Shown one piece after another: positions 63,279 through 64,000 of a DNA stretch of 64,000 nucleotides. Below the pieces are notes generated by a model. That model made no database searches. It was not told the DNA's origin and saw only the letters and a program-made list of their open reading frames with translations. Within the stretch, counting starts at the first letter, position 1; the number at the start of each line of letters is the position of its first letter. The DNA comes from Utricularia gibba. Taxonomy: Eukaryota > Plantae > Magnoliophyta. The position numbers and the translations under genes are program-made. The stretch spans positions 2,418,001-2,482,000 of the forward strand of contig CM007992.1 of assembly GCA_002189035.1 (NCBI GenBank), given 5' to 3'.

Positions 63279-63811
63279 TGATAGGGTATAAACCGGTCGG
63301 ATATAATCGGTTCCTAAAAGGCTGCCAAATGAGATCCCGAGGGGATAACGCCAAACGACAGATCGACATCTGTCAGAAATCTGACAGGTATGGCCATATG
63401 ACACAGTCTGAAAAGCGGCCGAATTACGGCATGACAGGCGGCCGATATCTGAAAAGTGAGATCATATAGTAGGAGCAGAAAGCAACCGATATTTGCAGAC
63501 ACCAGAATTTGGTCAGAGTGAGCTCTCCTATAAATAGGAGGAATTATGATGAAAAGGGGGTTTTTTGGACTCAAAAAGATTTCTTCAAGTTGTATTCTCC
63601 TTTTCGTGACCTCCATCTAGTGAAACTTTTTTCCGGCGAGCTCCGGCAGCTTCGTGGTTTTTCCGCTCTCCGGCAGTTTCCACGCAAAAAATCCTTGCTC
63701 ACTCTTATTCTAATCGCACCAACCGTGAAGAACGTGACTAGGCGCGGCATTCCCGACCGCGCCTATCACCTGAAATCGGCCTCCCACCAGATACCGATTT
63801 CACCCATAACA
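63279..63811 (+). mobile_element. Tat-family solo LTR
   Basis: TGATAGGG...CCATAACA, 533 bp, perfect TSD AACAC, TATAAATAGG near 63529. Inverted homolog of 57691-58220. Confidence 0.92.
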
Positions 63812-64000
63812 AACACAATATAGAGAACTTAGATGAGGGGGAAGGAGAAGAAAATTTGAGAAGAACTTTACTTGAAACATTAACTAATGAAGAATAGAAC
63901 TTGAACTCTATTTTATTTTGACTTTCAAACATTTACTATTATTAACTCTATTTTTGAACATGAATATTAATCTATATTTAGTTTTAGTTCACTAAATTGT

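Overview
AT-rich plant nuclear DNA, read by eye. Host genes: an intact 5-exon clade-E PP2C followed 76 bp later by tRNA-Ile(AAU); an S40 senescence-regulator gene broken by a 1-bp frameshift; a 10-exon GIP1-like (DUF1296) gene; a TPK two-pore K+ channel; and ALG14. These sit among decayed, nested transposons: three large Ty1/copia remnants, six Gypsy solo LTRs (four with perfect 5-bp TSDs, one 4/5 pair counted twice for family A) plus further partial or candidate LTRs, a gag-pol-deleted Tat/Retand-type element, Athila remnants, a MuDR transposase, and hAT and PIF/Harbinger fragments. The best candidate for something new is an antisense gene inside the Tat element with its own promoter-like region and short frame-restoring GT-AG introns. 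Next are the PP2C-tRNA arrangement with a duplicated tRNA 5' end, a palindromic 20-bp array at a MuDR end, and a G-box cluster upstream of the frameshifted S40. Family assignments rest on recalled motifs; no database searches or alignments were run.
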